NCBI GenBank assembly: GCA_965113315.1
Contig: OZ220364.1
DNA length: 64,000 bases
From: Podarcis vaucheri
Taxonomy: Eukaryota
Direction: 5' to 3' (one strand)
Both the position numbers and the translations under genes were made by a program. Below, one piece after another: positions 1 to 13,834 of this stretch. Each line of letters opens with the position of its first letter. Within the stretch, counting starts at the first letter, position 1. Below the pieces are notes generated by a model that saw only the letters and a list, made by a program, of their open reading frames with translations, was not told the DNA's origin and ran no database searches.

Positions 1-1669
1 TACTAGCAAAGCTGAGACTACAGTACCTAACCATCAGTAGACTGGAACCAGATGGATACTGGTACAAATGAGAGCAAGACCTGCCTAAATATATACATAT
101 ATATTGGAACTCTGCTATGGATAGTGGCTAAAATATGACAATAGAGTCCCTACATTTTTGTCTCTCTCTTTTTCTTTAGTATTTACTGAAAATTCACTGA
201 AAATTATTTTGTTAAATTTAGGACTTGCAATAATTTATATTCAGAAAAAGTCAGACTAAATAAACCAGTGGTATATGAAGTGGTGATGCTTTTGGTGTGC
301 TGGGAAACAATCCTAGCAGTATGTCAGTATTTGGCTCTTATGTGCATCCTTTCAAATAATTTAAAATATTGCAAGTATTAGGCTGTGAACTTATGCCTAC
401 TCATTTGGAAGTAGGTACTATAAATGGCAGAGGGACTCTGTTCAACAGAGATGTGTTTGGGATTGGCATGTTTTGAGCATCTTGACTGCAGGAAGGCGGT
501 TGCAGTTAATATTATTTTTAGTTTCACTTTTTTTTCTTTTGTAAAGGTAAAGATCAGTTGAATAAATATTTGTCTGTTTTCCTGCCTTGTTTTCGTCATG
601 TTGCTTCAAGTACTTTATAAGCCTCTTGTGTGACAATACGATCTCCTTTTACACACGCCAACTTTCAGTTGAGCTTACTTAAAAACATTATGTTTAAGAC
701 TGGGATTGACAGTACTATGACCTGCAGTATGCACCTATGTATGTATGATTGGCAGTATATCCCATTGGGTTTGGTGGGACTTCCTACTGACGTACGGCCA
801 CAAGTTTCTACAAGTTTGCTGGGGGGGGGGGCTGTAGCCCTCGGCTTTCAGTAGGGCTGAGAGAGAGTCCTGCCTGGAATCTTGGAGAGCTGCTTCCAAT
901 CTGTCTGAGCTGGACCATTGGTCTGATCCCATATAAAGCAGCTTCTGGTGTTCCTACTTGAGAGTAAGTTTCATTTCTGAAAATGGGACTTCTAAGCAGA
1001 TCTGTCTCAAGATTGCACTATAAATGTAGTTTGCACTATAAACTTTTTTTTACTTTAGAAATAAAACTGGATTGCATTTGGAGGATGAGAGCAGGCTTTG
1101 GATTGTGTTGCTGTCTTGCTCCCTACCCCCTCTTTCTATTGCTTACAGCCCCCAGAGGCCAAGTGTCTAGCTGTATAGTCATGGGACTCTACATACTCAT
1201 CTCTTACAATAGCCAAGTCGGGAAACAATTGCTTTCCATTAGGTCGGTAAACTTGTTTGGGTTTTGTTGAGCGTACAATCAGCACTGTCTGATATTGAAC
1301 TTACAATGGGCAGGCCAGTTTCTTAGACAGCTGATGCCTGAGATAGCTGTGTGTGTTTGTGGGTTTCTATTCAGCAGTAGTTTAGATGAAACAATGCTTT
1401 CAGTGTATGAAGGAAGAATTCTAGTAGAATTCTAGGTAGTTGTGAGGAAACGGTCCCAAGTCTTGGTGGTAGAAAATGTACCTGAAGTGACTTTCCCACA
1501 GAAAGAGAAAAATGATTGGGTGAAACCCATGGTACATCTCAGGCCGAATGCAATATCTTGCTAGATTCAGACATTTTTCTTGACAAATGGGGGGTGTCTC
1601 CAGGAAGCGTACAAGCAGGGCAAGAAGGGAATAGTCTCTCCCCATCGGTTGTTCCCATCAATAACTGGT

Positions 1670-2035
1670 GTGCTGCCTGTTCCAGATGAAGTCTTCATTT
1701 TGTTTTCATGACTGGCAGCTGTCACCAGACAATCACTTCCTGAATTTGCCTGATTTCCTATCTTGGCCGGTAGCCATTCTTGTGGAAGCAAGGTCCTGGT
1801 TATGTTATAAAATAAGAGAGCAATTTATCCTTCTCCACTCCATGCATAACCTCTATAATACGTCTCTGGCAATCTTCCCCATCTCCCAAAGAAAACACCT
1901 TAAACATACTGCTGTACCTGCCTACTTGGGAGTGAGCCCCATTCAACTCAATGGGACTTCCTTCTCCATCCTGGAGAAACTTGCTCCAGTTTCTTAATCA
2001 TTTTGGTTACCTTTTTCTGTACCTTTTCAAGCTCT
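1670..2035 (-). mobile_element. Old CR1 LINE fragment
   Basis: tcattttggttacctttttctgtaccttttcaagctc and aatttatccttctcc...cataacctctat match the reverse complement of CR1 ORF2 3' sequence. Confidence 0.55.
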
Positions 2036-4328
2036 ATGGTACTTGTTTTGCAGATAGCACTGTAAACAAAACAAAAAGGACAAACTTTTTCCCTCTTGTA
2101 AAAAGGGTTTCAAACAGTTGCTTTTCAACAAGGATCAAAGTAAGTTTTGCCATGAAAGAATGTAAATGCTGCTATTTAGCAATAAGAATCTTATTCCAGA
2201 CAAAGAAAGAAAATTACTAGTGTGAGTTCTAAGAACAAAGGGGAATGCCTGTCAATGAAAATCACAGCATTCTCTCTCCTTAGCCTGCTACAAATGTAAC
2301 TAGACAGTTTAACTTAATCCCACAGGAGATGTGAGCGGTTCTCTCCCTTTCCACAATAAATAATGGGAGTTGAAAACAAAATGGTATCCGAAATAGAATT
2401 GGCAAATGTGCATCTGCGTGAAATGAAAACAAGCTCGGGCGGCTCAGTTCATAAAGATGCTGGGCCTCATCTTGGAAACAGAAACTGGATCCTGCTGCTG
2501 TGCGGAGATGCAGACATACACGTGCAAGCCTGCCTAAGATGTGTTCAGGGCATTCCAAGCTAAGAATGCGGCTTCTCACCTGTTACAGTGGGTAGCAGCG
2601 TTTGGACTGGGACCAAAAGCTGCTTCACTATCCCCTTGCTAATGCACATCTACAAATGACAGCACCAATCACTAGCTAGTTATAGGAGCTCTGCTCATGC
2701 AGTCATTGGTGCTGGATGGTGCAGGTTTTCATGCTCCAGAACCTTTTGCTGTTACTGTGGAGCTAGTCTACATTTAGACCGGCTTCTGTGTATTAGGGTA
2801 ACTGCATGCAAGCAAAGGTGCTGGCTTGGGCATACCTGAAATGCTAGAATTTCCTGAAGGGTAGTGTCTGGTTTTAAAGAGAACGTTTTTAATATTTTCT
2901 AATAACTGGGAGGGAAATATAGTACCAGTTCCTAAACGCAGAAAAGGGGGAAGGATCCAGCTTTGCAATGTTTTGTTAAGTTTTACGAGTCAAAATTAAA
3001 TGGAAAACTTGCTATCACAGGTGACCCTTAAAGAGAGGAACATTTTGCTTAAAAGTGCAAAGGATATAATGGTAACAGTTGCTAATTTTAGTGGATATCA
3101 GGACATTGGTAGTTTAGAAATGAAAACTACAGAAGAAATAAGCCTCAATGAAGCAGTAAAACTTTTTATAGCTTGTTAAAGTGCTACCAGTTCATTTTTA
3201 TTTTGATTGATCCTTGGTATGTGTCTCTTTAACTACAAGGAGAGTGTTTCAGGGTCATATATTTAATATTTGGTCCATTACTGAGTGGTTCACAGGCCCC
3301 TCTCACACCAGGCCAAAAATTCACACAGTGAAAATGCTGGCAAAATATAGCACTAACAACAACAAATTATGATCTAAAGGAACTAGCATGCAGTTGTTTT
3401 AGTTCACTGGTAATGTTAATATAGGAAAAAAATAAGGCTGCAATCCTAACAAGGGACAGCGGGATTGACAGCTAATGGACTGGACTGTTCATGGGAGTTT
3501 ATTTTGCTAGCATAGAAAACTGGAACAGTAATATGAGCAAGAGAACCGCTTGCTTTAGAAATATAGGAGCATTGTCCTCATTACACCTAGTGTAAAGAAA
3601 GAAAAGGAAAACAAGGAAAGGGGAAACTTACATTAAAAAACAAGCTACAAAAAGAGATAATGAAGGTCTCATTACCTGTACATTTTACTGAGCAGGATTC
3701 AATGTTGGTCTGATTGATGGGACAGAAGTACAGGCATGAGCACACAAATAGATGAAAATACAGAGGTTTCTTAGAGCACCCTTGTATGTTATGTGGAAAT
3801 ATCACTTGCACTTTCTGCTTCACCACTTCCACATAATATGTGACATTGGCCTTAAAACATTGCTAACTACTGAAACCTTCAACAGCAGGACCGGATAGAG
3901 CAGAGTCTAGTTCTTCTTTGTGGGATCTGTGCCATACTGCTTTTCAAAATTTCTGGCACAGCAGAAGCCCAATACTTACTGGTTTAAACAGTATATTGTT
4001 TCTTTTGGAATATTACTTGTTTCCTTTTTAAAAAGAATTTTTAAAGTGTTTTTTAAAAAAACACATTTAAGCACAAGATATGCATTTAGCCCTATGCAAG
4101 AGGATGATTTTAACAGTTGCAGATATCTGTTAGCGGCTTTGATAAAGTGCTTTGATCATACTACTCCTAGTCAGAAGAAGTAGACTGATGTTAGGCTTAT
4201 TGACTTGAGCATCTCTGTTTCTTATTGCTCATTTGGGAATTGGGCATATTTTAACACCTCTTTGGACATGCAAACTAAGAGAAACAATGACTCGCTTGTT
4301 TCTTATTTAGGTAAGCCACAGAAATAAG

Positions 4329-4574
4329 AGGTAAGGTAAAGGTAAAGGGACCCCTGACCGTTAGGTCCAATGGCGGACAACTCTGGGGATGAGGTACTGC
4401 TCATCTCGCTTTAGTGGCTGAGGGAGCCGGCATACAGCTTTTGGGTCATGTGGCTAGCATGACTAAGCCGCTTCTGGCGAACCAGAAAGGCCGTTTACCT
4501 TCCCGCCGGAGCAGTACCTATTTATCTACTTGCACTTGACGTGCTTTCGAACTGCTAGGTTGGACGAGCAGGGA
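4329..4574 (-). mobile_element. Sauria SINE, 5'-truncated
   Basis: (AAAGGT)n tail followed by a body matching the reverse complement of ~30240-30494. Confidence 0.9.
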
Positions 4575-7500
4575 TGGTAGGCTAACCCAAATGCCTTTTG
4601 TAGCACAAAAGAAATGCCCTAGAGATTAAGAAGCAACAGAAAATTTATGTGTTGATCTGTCCTCCTTGCAAACCTCCAAGTGGGAAATGGATTGCCAACT
4701 CGTAGAATGTCTATAACTGTAGCCATAAAAACTGAAATCAATTTGCTGTTCTATCCGTTGGAATATTAGTTATTAATGCCCAAAAGATTAGAAGTAAAAT
4801 TGCAAGGTAACATGTAGCTGTACATGGGTTTTTATCATGGACTTTAGTGTTATTTTGTATTTATATTGGATTGGATTGGGTTTTCTTCAAAAGTCAGAAG
4901 CAAACTCTTGCATACCAGTTACATTCAGCTGCTACCAAATTCATTAACTGTTTCCATGAGTCTGAAGATCTTGCAGATTTTATCCTACCTTATAAGTGCT
5001 TCAAGGCTCATCTAGTCCAACCCCCTGGTTAATAAACATTCTGATGTGGCAACCGTAACTTAGGTTTAAGGTGCCATTTGGGGCCTAGCTTACTAACACT
5101 GCTCTTTGTTCCTCGGCAGCTGTGATGTTCTTTGTTGCTTGTGACATTACCTCCTTTCGCATCTGTATCACCAGTATTCACTTCTCTTGATCTTATTTCA
5201 TATAGCTTGTTTTCAGCCTTTCCAAATATGTTTAGATGTGATGGTGAGGCGCTTAACCAGTGCTGAACAGGTTTGGTTCAGGGCTTAAATGAGCCTGAAG
5301 ACTCTGTGGCTATAGAGAGATAAGCTTTAAGTCAGAGCATTGTCCCATCACCACTAGAAAGCTTCTACCTGAGAGACGGTTGCAGTGCCTCTGGTTTTAG
5401 TTTGTTTCAGTATACATATGTGTAAGTGCTGAAGATCAGGGCTGGTCTTCAAGGCATTTTGTGGCCTGAGTCAAAGGACAAGATGGTGTGACCCCCCACC
5501 ACCATTACATACAGAGCCAATTGGACTCCCAATTGCACATTACTCTCAACGTTAAGGATGGGTCAGTGTGCTGCTCTGCACCTGAGGGCAGCAGGCTCGC
5601 TTTGGGGGGACACAGGACAGACTGTATGGCACAGACAACTCTATCCTCCAACAGAGGCAAACTACAGTGGGACTTAAAAATGGTGGGTGGGGCTGCTCCT
5701 GCTACTGTCTCCCTACCCCCAGGATTTGCCAACTGTGGCAGTTACCTCACTCTGCCTAATGTTAGTGCCAGTCTTGCCGGAGATTCCCAAGGTGAAGGAA
5801 AGGGACAACTGAGCTGGCAATTAAGATGGGTGGAGTTCATGAGAAAGGCAACACTGAATCTGGTTTCTGGCCGGGATTCTGCGAACAGAAACACTTGGGG
5901 AAACCCGTAAATAAAGTGGTCAGTTGATCTACATGAATCAATACCAGCCCTGTAGCACAGGTGGCTTACGGAGCAGGATGCAGGAACAGAGGAAGAGCAC
6001 ATGGGCGGATGAGAAGTAGTAGCTGGGGCTGACAGATTATTCCAATGGGGTAAGCTATATATTGATGCCTGCAGATTGATTGGGCACCACTCACTTTTCT
6101 AACAGGGGTACTTCTATTTAATTAAAATTCTAAATAGATTCTCACTTTCCCTTCTTTTCCCGAAATGAGATTACTGTGCATTACCCATGTTTAGTGAAGG
6201 GTGTATTATTTCTTGTCAGGGTTTCCTGTAAACATATGTAGGAGGTTGGGATTAATTCTGTAATCCTTCTTTTCTGCTCCCCTTCATATGCCTCCCTCTG
6301 GAGCGCTGTTCGAAACTGTCAAGGGTCCTGTTCTGCTAAACCACCAAAGAGTAAGTACTTCAGTTATAATAATGTTTCTCGGGAAGATCAAGGGCATGCA
6401 AATCTAGTTTGGCAGCACAGTCCTAAATAGGTTTACTCAGGAGGAAGTCGCACTGAGTTTTACAGGTATTACTCCCTGGTAAGGGTATTTGGGATTGTAA
6501 CCTGAATGCTTTTATCTCAGCATACATTATAACAGGATCACTTACATAGAAGATTTGTTTCAGTCTTAGCAGGACTATCTGTCAGCAGCAAACGGTGTCT
6601 GTGTGTTAGCTGGTATCCGGACATCTGAAGACATTTCCCCTCAATAGTCACACTGCAATGTATAATTTCATCACTAGGAAACTTTTGTTCTTAGCCCGGA
6701 GGGGACAAGGGAGCTCACCCACACTGGTGTTTAATGTGGATTTGAAGCTGCTTGTGTCCCTTTTTTACTTTCTATGTTTCTGCGCTGTCCACATGGTATA
6801 ACCCTCCCTCAACTGGCAGCCACAATTCCTCCCCGCACCACAGAATATTTGCAGATAATCTGAGGGAAGACAGTCAAATATACCCACTGTTTTATTTATT
6901 AGATTTATATATCACCCTTCATCAAAAGATATCAAGATGGTTTACAATATAAAAGCACAAACAGTATTTACCATATTAAATAATTTTACACCTTTATGAT
7001 ATTTACACGTGCCTTTCCCCTGAAGAATGGATATTTAAACAATACTTCTTTTTGATTTCTAGGATTTTAAACTTGTAATATTTTCAGATTGCTTTTCTGA
7101 TGGATTTGGGGGCGGGGTAGAAAGAAGGTGGCAGTATTTTACTTTGCTATGTTGCTTCTAACCATGTTTGCACTTGAGGTAGGCACAAGGTACATTTGTT
7201 CTCTTTGCCACCTCAACCCCCATAATCTCTTTCCCTCTAATAACAAACTTGGATGGTTGAGTGCTAACAAGATTTGTGGTTGCATGAATACCTGAGGTAT
7301 GTTAGAAGTACAAAACATTTTTAAAAAAAAATCCAAAGGGGAACCAAAACAAGAATCCTAAAATGGACCTATGATGAGCATGCTCAGTGACCTCAAGAAG
7401 TCACCAACTGGAAAGTGGGGGGAAACAAACAAACATGAGAATGGGGAGAGAAGGGCATTGACTTGTTTGAGGCTTTTACAGTATCTTAGAGGAAGCCATG

Positions 7501-9194
7501 AATGGAGCACTCGTGTTCTGGAAGATGAGGGCTCATTACAGCATTTGGTGGAAGTCTCCCTTGTCTGTTATACCGCTAAGTGTCTGCCCATGTTTCAAAA
7601 CAGAGTTTGACCTTCAATAATAGCTGCAGTGTATATATGATAGGTTTAATCCAGCAGCTTTGAAGCTCTGTCTACCCTTACCAGGACCTCTCCTTGAAAG
7701 AGATGTAAGAGACAGAGCGATGCTTATTGCAAAAACCAGTGTGGAATGTATCATCATCAAAAGCTAATTTCCCCCCTCAAAATCAACTATAAATCATAAA
7801 AGTATATCCTTTTTTAAATGGTACAAATCACTTTAAAACCAAATTGAGGTATCTCGTCAGTAGGTAGGTCTGCCTTTTAGGTGGTTATAAACCTTAAAGG
7901 TCAGACATGTTGAAACTTTGATCAGATTAAACTATTCTCCTTTCTATGGCAATATAATTAAGTTGACACCTGAGGGAGTTTTCTGAACATTGTTGCATCT
8001 TGCAGCAGGTCGGTAATATACAGCAGCCAAAAGGCTTGAAGAAGCACTTCTATGTTTCTTAATTTTGGAACTGGGTGTGTTAGCTACGGAAATGAGCTGG
8101 GGTTTCCCATAGGTATTTGCAGGCCAGACTTGCTCAGCCTCAGTCAACACAAGGACTCCCTTTGGCTTGAACAGGCTGAGGTCAGAGACATCCAGTTTTA
8201 TGGGTTTAAAATAAACATTTATGATGGAAGGGCAGATTCTGGCTATGTGTAAGCCATCTTGGGTTCTGTGGGTTTGTGTATTAAGCAAAGGGAAAGTTAA
8301 TGCCTTCCTTAATACCAAGTGGAAAGCTTGTTCGTGTTCTCTCTCTCCCTCCCTCCCTCCCCCCCTCTCCCTCCCTCCCAGTTGTGTGTTAAAATGCCCA
8401 CTTTTCCTCTCTGTTATGTGAAATAGCTACATGTCTTCTTTTTTAAGAGTACATGTTAGAGAACCAGTATCTAGACTGACTTCCCAAAACAGGGTTCATG
8501 CACAGAAAAATTGATGCAAGCTCCTTCAGACATGGCTGAGTGCAAATGGATACATCTTTCATCTTCAGTGCATCTCCACTTCTACTGCCGCATACGGAGT
8601 GTCCCTTACTGTGTTAGAAGAACAGTTATCCATATAATCCATTGGGTAGTTGGTCTCCTCAGGCGCAAGCTAGAAGCAGCATTAATTGTGTGAACACACA
8701 CATGTCAGTAGCAGCTGCCAGAAGGGTTGGGAGGCCTGCACAGCATCCAGATTGTTAGGGGGTGGAAGGGACTTTAGCCCTTTCCGCCTTTGCCATGGTC
8801 CCAACCAACATCACTCATCTGCCCAAAATTTCATTTGGAAGGAAGTCACCATGGGCACCTATGGAGGCTGCCCACCCAATGCCTATAGCATTTTTTGGGG
8901 GGGAGGGGGAGACATTTTTGTAGTGACCACTGCAAGAGTGGACAGGTTTAAACTCTCCTTTCTCACTCCCCGTGTTCTGATGCTGCAGTTGCTATTTACA
9001 TAACAAAAACTTGCACATTTATATTCATATGACTCTCACCTAGTTTAGCCTTGGATCTTCCAGTTCTGGATGCTTTGTCCCTTTACACTTTCCACCAGCC
9101 TAACATTTCAAAGTGTTCTCACTGAGGTATTGATGACGTTAAGCATGTTTACTTCAATGGAACTTGCTTTTCTGAGAAAGCAAGATCTGGACTT

Positions 9195-9336
9195 GTCTCC
9201 ATGAAGTGTGTCTGGCTATTAACCAGAAGGTTAGTGATTCAATACCGCCCAGGGACAGCTGTGGGCAGGATTGCTGCATAGCAGGGGGTTGGACTAGATG
9301 ACCCTTGGGTCCCTTCCAACTCTAGGGTTCTATGAT
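9195..9336 (+). mobile_element. tRNA-Asn(GTT)-derived SINE with CR1 3' tail
   Basis: ggctattaaccagaaggttagtgattcaataccgcccagggac resembles the tRNA-Asn 3' two-thirds; then gcagggggttggactagatgaccc...cccttccaactc...ttctatga. Confidence 0.72.
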
Positions 9337-9829
9337 ATCCCACCCACTATTTGGAAAAAAAGAGCACCAGCTGGCCTTTTAAACCTAGTCGTACTGCTGG
9401 TTCTTCTCAAATCGTGTTGCATCGGTTTCTAAAAATGACCTGTATAATATGTGCGGGGGGGTGGGTATCCAAACAAATAAAAGGGAAATATTTTTACATT
9501 TGTTTCCTGTTAATTTGATTGGGAACACTATTCACATTAATAAGAAAACCTTGCTTTTGCAAACCAGCCTTTTGTGCAGCTTCCATACAACTACAGAACT
9601 GGTATAACCCTTTATTACACTGTAGCCCCATATAGCCAAGTGCCCTGTAGAATATTTAAAGCATTTATATAATGGTAAAATTGGATATAATTATCATCCT
9701 TACAAGGGTTACCATGACATGAATCTGTGGATGATACAAAATGAATGTGGATGATAGTGAGCACTGGATAATTAAAGTCTGGGAAATGGTGCTCTTATTG
9801 CTTTTTCTTTCCTTTTTTTGCCATCTCTG

Positions 9830-9967
9830 TACACTGAGTATCCTTAAGCAAGTTACTTTCTCTCAGCCTCAGTTCTGCATCTGTAAAATAAGAATAGTAA
9901 GGATTAAAAATGGCTCATAGGATGCTGTGCAGATGGATGTGATAAAGGCTACAAAGCATTTTGCATA
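9830..9967 (+). mobile_element. Old MIR/CORE SINE
   Basis: gcaagttactttctctcagcctcagttctgcatctgtaaaat is a CORE-domain-like sequence. Confidence 0.6.
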
Positions 9968-10525
9968 TGGAGTACTATAGGTGTGAGTCATAATTCTGTT
10001 ACTCTTGGTCAATTAAGCACATTATGCATCAAAGAGTCTAGCTATGTATCTCCAGTCAAGATATTTGAATATGCAGTAGTCCCATTTCCCTGCTTTTTTC
10101 CTTATGGTATATTTTGTTTCTTAACCACATTTCTGTCCCATACTATTCTGCCAAGTGCAGAGTGCAGGGTGCTATAGCCATCTATCACACTGCTTATCAC
10201 ACTGCTTTTCCTGAATCCTTTTTATTTTGAGGGGCATTCATGATTATAAGACAGGTCATAATCTTTCTCAGTATCACACCCGGTATAACCTCCTTTGTTT
10301 CAGCCAAGCCACATTTTAACATCATGCAAAGCCATGGTTTAGCATTAAATGCACAAGCTTGTGCATTCCTTCCCCCTGATCCCTCTATCTTCCCATGCTT
10401 CTGAGATGAGGAGTGTGGGATCTTTTGCTTCCATTTTTAAGTTATCCACAGTTTGCTCTGTCGTGTGGACTGGAATTGTGATGAACATTAATTACGCTTA
10501 GTTTTCAATAAGCCAGCTTCAGAAA

Positions 10526-10738
10526 GGCCTCTCCTCCTTCCGGAGGGGAGGTGTTGTGGACGGGAGACAATTCCCGCGTCATGCAGGGGGCATTACGCCC
10601 CCTGCCCCATCCACATGGCTGGCGCGCCATGCCCCCAGTTGAGCACCCAATCAGGCAGCTTGGTGGGGGCGTGGTTTGCTGCTCAAGACGCAGCTGCGCC
10701 AGCCATTCAGCCCATTTGCTCACCCTCTCGTTGCGAGT
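10526..10738. mobile_element. Unclassified 213-bp CpG-rich insertion
   Basis: Perfect 12-bp direct repeat CAGCTTCAGAAA at 10514-10525 and 10739-10750; sharp GC/CpG contrast with the flanks; no TIR or tail. Confidence 0.7.
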
Positions 10739-12345
10739 CAGCTTCAGAAACTATGGTTTGTTTGAAAAGTTAGTATTTATAACTACTTGTTGCAGTTGAC
10801 ATCATGAGAAAATACGGTTAAGTTAAAGCTTCAGCAGCTGTTGATAGAGTGTGCAAGCCAAAAGCTTTTTGCTACTCCTTCCTGCCTTGTGCATGTACAG
10901 TGCTGCCAAACCCTGGTGTTGGTGTAACATAGCTTTCCCCTACCTAATGTCCTCCAGCTATTTTGAGCTACAGCTCTCATCGGACATAGCCAACATGGTT
11001 AATGGTTAGGGATGATGAGAGTTGTAGCCCAAAACATTTCGTGGGGCATAACTTGGGAAGCTGTTCTTGTGTGACATGGCCACCATGTCTCAAAAGATCA
11101 GTTTATTTTGTATTTGATGTCATTTCTCTTTTAATCTTTCCTTCCTCTAAGGAGGTCAGGGAGTATGAGCCCATTTTACACCCCCACCCATTTTACCCTC
11201 ACAGCAACCCAGTGATGTGGGATGTGACTGGCCCAAGATTATCCAGTGAGCTTTGTGTCCAATCAACGCAAGGGTGTTTAGGTGTGTGTATGCACAAGAT
11301 CTACAATACCCACCAGAGAAAGAGTGTGCACTTGATTGTATTGGGCATGGTCATGTCACTGAAAATTCTCATGCGGCCGTGACAAACTTGATCTCGTTCA
11401 CCTTTGGCGAACTCAAGAAGAGAGACGTTAATTTTCTACAGTTCTGTTTTATGTACGCATATGTGCCTTGGTGGTTTTGTTTCTGCTTCAGAAGAAACAT
11501 CGTGTTTGGTGCGCCTGCCATGAGCTACATTAACTTGAGTGTATTGGAGAGGCATCAGTTAGGATGAAACACTGAATCACAGAATCTCATAATTGCAGGG
11601 TGGAATCTCCAAGATCTCCTCATCCACTGCCCTGGGTTGAAGATACACACTCCTAAAAATACCACTAATAGAGCCAATTTCTTTATTATGGTCTGCCAGC
11701 CTATACAGTATGAAAATGAATAAAAAGTATGTGTGAAAGTCCTTGTGTATTATGTTTTTCATGATACATCCTTTGTATAAAATATACCATCCATAGCTGC
11801 TGTGTTTTTTATTAATTTGTGTTCATTTTAACTGATGCTAAATCACTAACTATATGAGTTTCTGAATGCAGTTTTAGGCTTGTTTGTTGAAACAGTACAA
11901 AATCAGCTGTTTAGTTTTTCTTTCATAAAAAAGACAAACCAAAACCCACAAGGCTTATCCACGTTACAGATTAGCATCCTAGAAACTCTCACTTTGAAGA
12001 ACAAAGTGATTTCTGAGCTAAATGAGTACACAGTGCATCTGCGAAATGGCAACCATTTTTCTTCAGCTTTTAATAACCCTAGCTTGAAAAGAACTGAATA
12101 AGGCATTTTAAAGGTTGGGCGGGAAGAAAAGTTCTTTAAAATAACATTGCTCCAAGCTGAAGTTCTTGACTTGTTATATTTTACATAGGAATTGTTTTTT
12201 TTAAAAAACTGCTTTTGTTTTTTTAGCAGGCAGTTTTCAATTATTTTGCTCAAATGAGGGCAGAACTAACATTTAAGGCATTATGCAGCTTAGGACCAGG
12301 TGTACGATGTGTTGTCATTGCGCTTTATCCCTCATAGTCTCTGTA

Positions 12346-12815
12346 AGGCTTAATTTGCACTATACATTTAAAGCAGCATTCTGCCACTTTAAATAGTTAC
12401 AGCTGCCCCAAAGAATCCTGGGAAATGCAGTTTGTTAAGGGTACCAAGAGGTATTAGGAGACCTTTATTTCCCCCCACAGAGCTGTAACGCCCAGAGTTA
12501 TTTAACAGTCAATCTCTCTTCCTAGTGAACTCTGGGCATTGTAGCTCTATGATGGGAATTGGGATCTCCTAACCACTTTCAGCACCCTTAACTACAGTTT
12601 CCAGGAATTTAGGGGGTGAAGCCATGACCGTTTAAAGCAGGCAAACTCGGCCCTCCCGATGTTTTTGGGACTACAACTCCCAGCATCCCTGACCACTGGT
12701 CTGTTAGCTAGGGATGATGGGAGATGTAGTCCCAAAATATCTGGAGGGCCATGTTTGCTTATGCCTAGTTTAAAGTCATTTGGTACTGCTTTAAAGGTAT
12801 AGTGCAGATGGAGGC
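12346..12815. mobile_element. Older palindromic MITE (partial relative at ~52500-52710)
   Basis: tgcactatacatttaaagcag at the left is inverted as ctgctttaaaggtatagtgca at the right. Confidence 0.65.
12638..12767. mobile_element. ~130-bp palindromic hAT MITE (in an older MITE)
   Basis: TSD GTTTAAAG at 12630-12637 and 12768-12775. Confidence 0.88.
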
Positions 12816-12869
12816 ATACATTGTTGCATTCTGCAATAGAGCTTCCTCAAGTTGCAAGGACATCAGCAA

Positions 12870-13155
12870 CCCACTTCGCAGTAACCTGGGGGCAGGGCTT
12901 TCAGTGGGGCTGCCCCTGTCACGCAGAACACCGTCCTTGTTAAGATATGACAGGCAAACACGATCTGTACTTTCTGGAATCAAGTGAAGACAAATTTTGT
13001 TTTGACAAGCTTTTCCAGATGGATGACGGTCTCTGCCTTGGATTTAAATCTATCTTTAGTTGTTCCTGTACCATGTTTAAAACATTTTTTAGCTGTTTGG
13101 TGGTATGTTTGTAAATCACCTTGAGACACATGAAAGACAAGTAATTAATCAAACC
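12870..13155 (+). mobile_element. Old L2-like 3' end
   Basis: gggcagggctttcagtggggctgcccc resembles the 3' region of the L2 at ~56030-56090; ends in an AT-rich tail. Confidence 0.5.
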
Positions 13156-13834
13156 TAGAATGTTTCAAGGGACACACAACTGACACCACTCTGTGCTTCT
13201 CCCTCCCCGCTCTTTCCCATTAAAGAATGGGGGAGCTCAGTGTGTTATGTTATGTCATTGCACTGTGTATGGGTTCTCCCATCACGCAATGATGTGGGAG
13301 AATCAAAACACAAAGTGCATTGACTTCGTTTCACTTCTTCTAAAGAAAAATGGCTTCAGGAGGAACATGCTTTAAGCAGAGGAGCAGTGGGATGCGGAAC
13401 GGTGCTTTTCTCTTGCCCCAATACTTATCTGCTACAAATTGCCATTTCCAATTTGCCATCCCTTGTGCATTCACGCGCACACAGTGTGCTTCCAAATACA
13501 AGCAAAAATGTGTTTGGGTGAGAGAGGCCTTTGCATGGGAGTTAATTTGGATGAAGAAAACTCCTTGTGGAGAAGAAATTGTGCACCCATCTCTTCCCAT
13601 CACTTCTCTGTTCAAAGATGGACCCCCTTGAAAGCCGCATTTCTTCAGAGAAAGTGTCCACTGGGCTGCAGTAGGTGCATTTGCATTAGGTGAAATTTTA
13701 GCATTGATAAAAAGATTGCTTATAAATTTGTAAACTTTAATAAGTTTGCAAAAGTATGGAATTAATGAAGACATTCGTACAGAATCATAGCTATGTTATA
13801 ACATTACATTTTAAGCAAAGTCAGAGCAGTTTGA

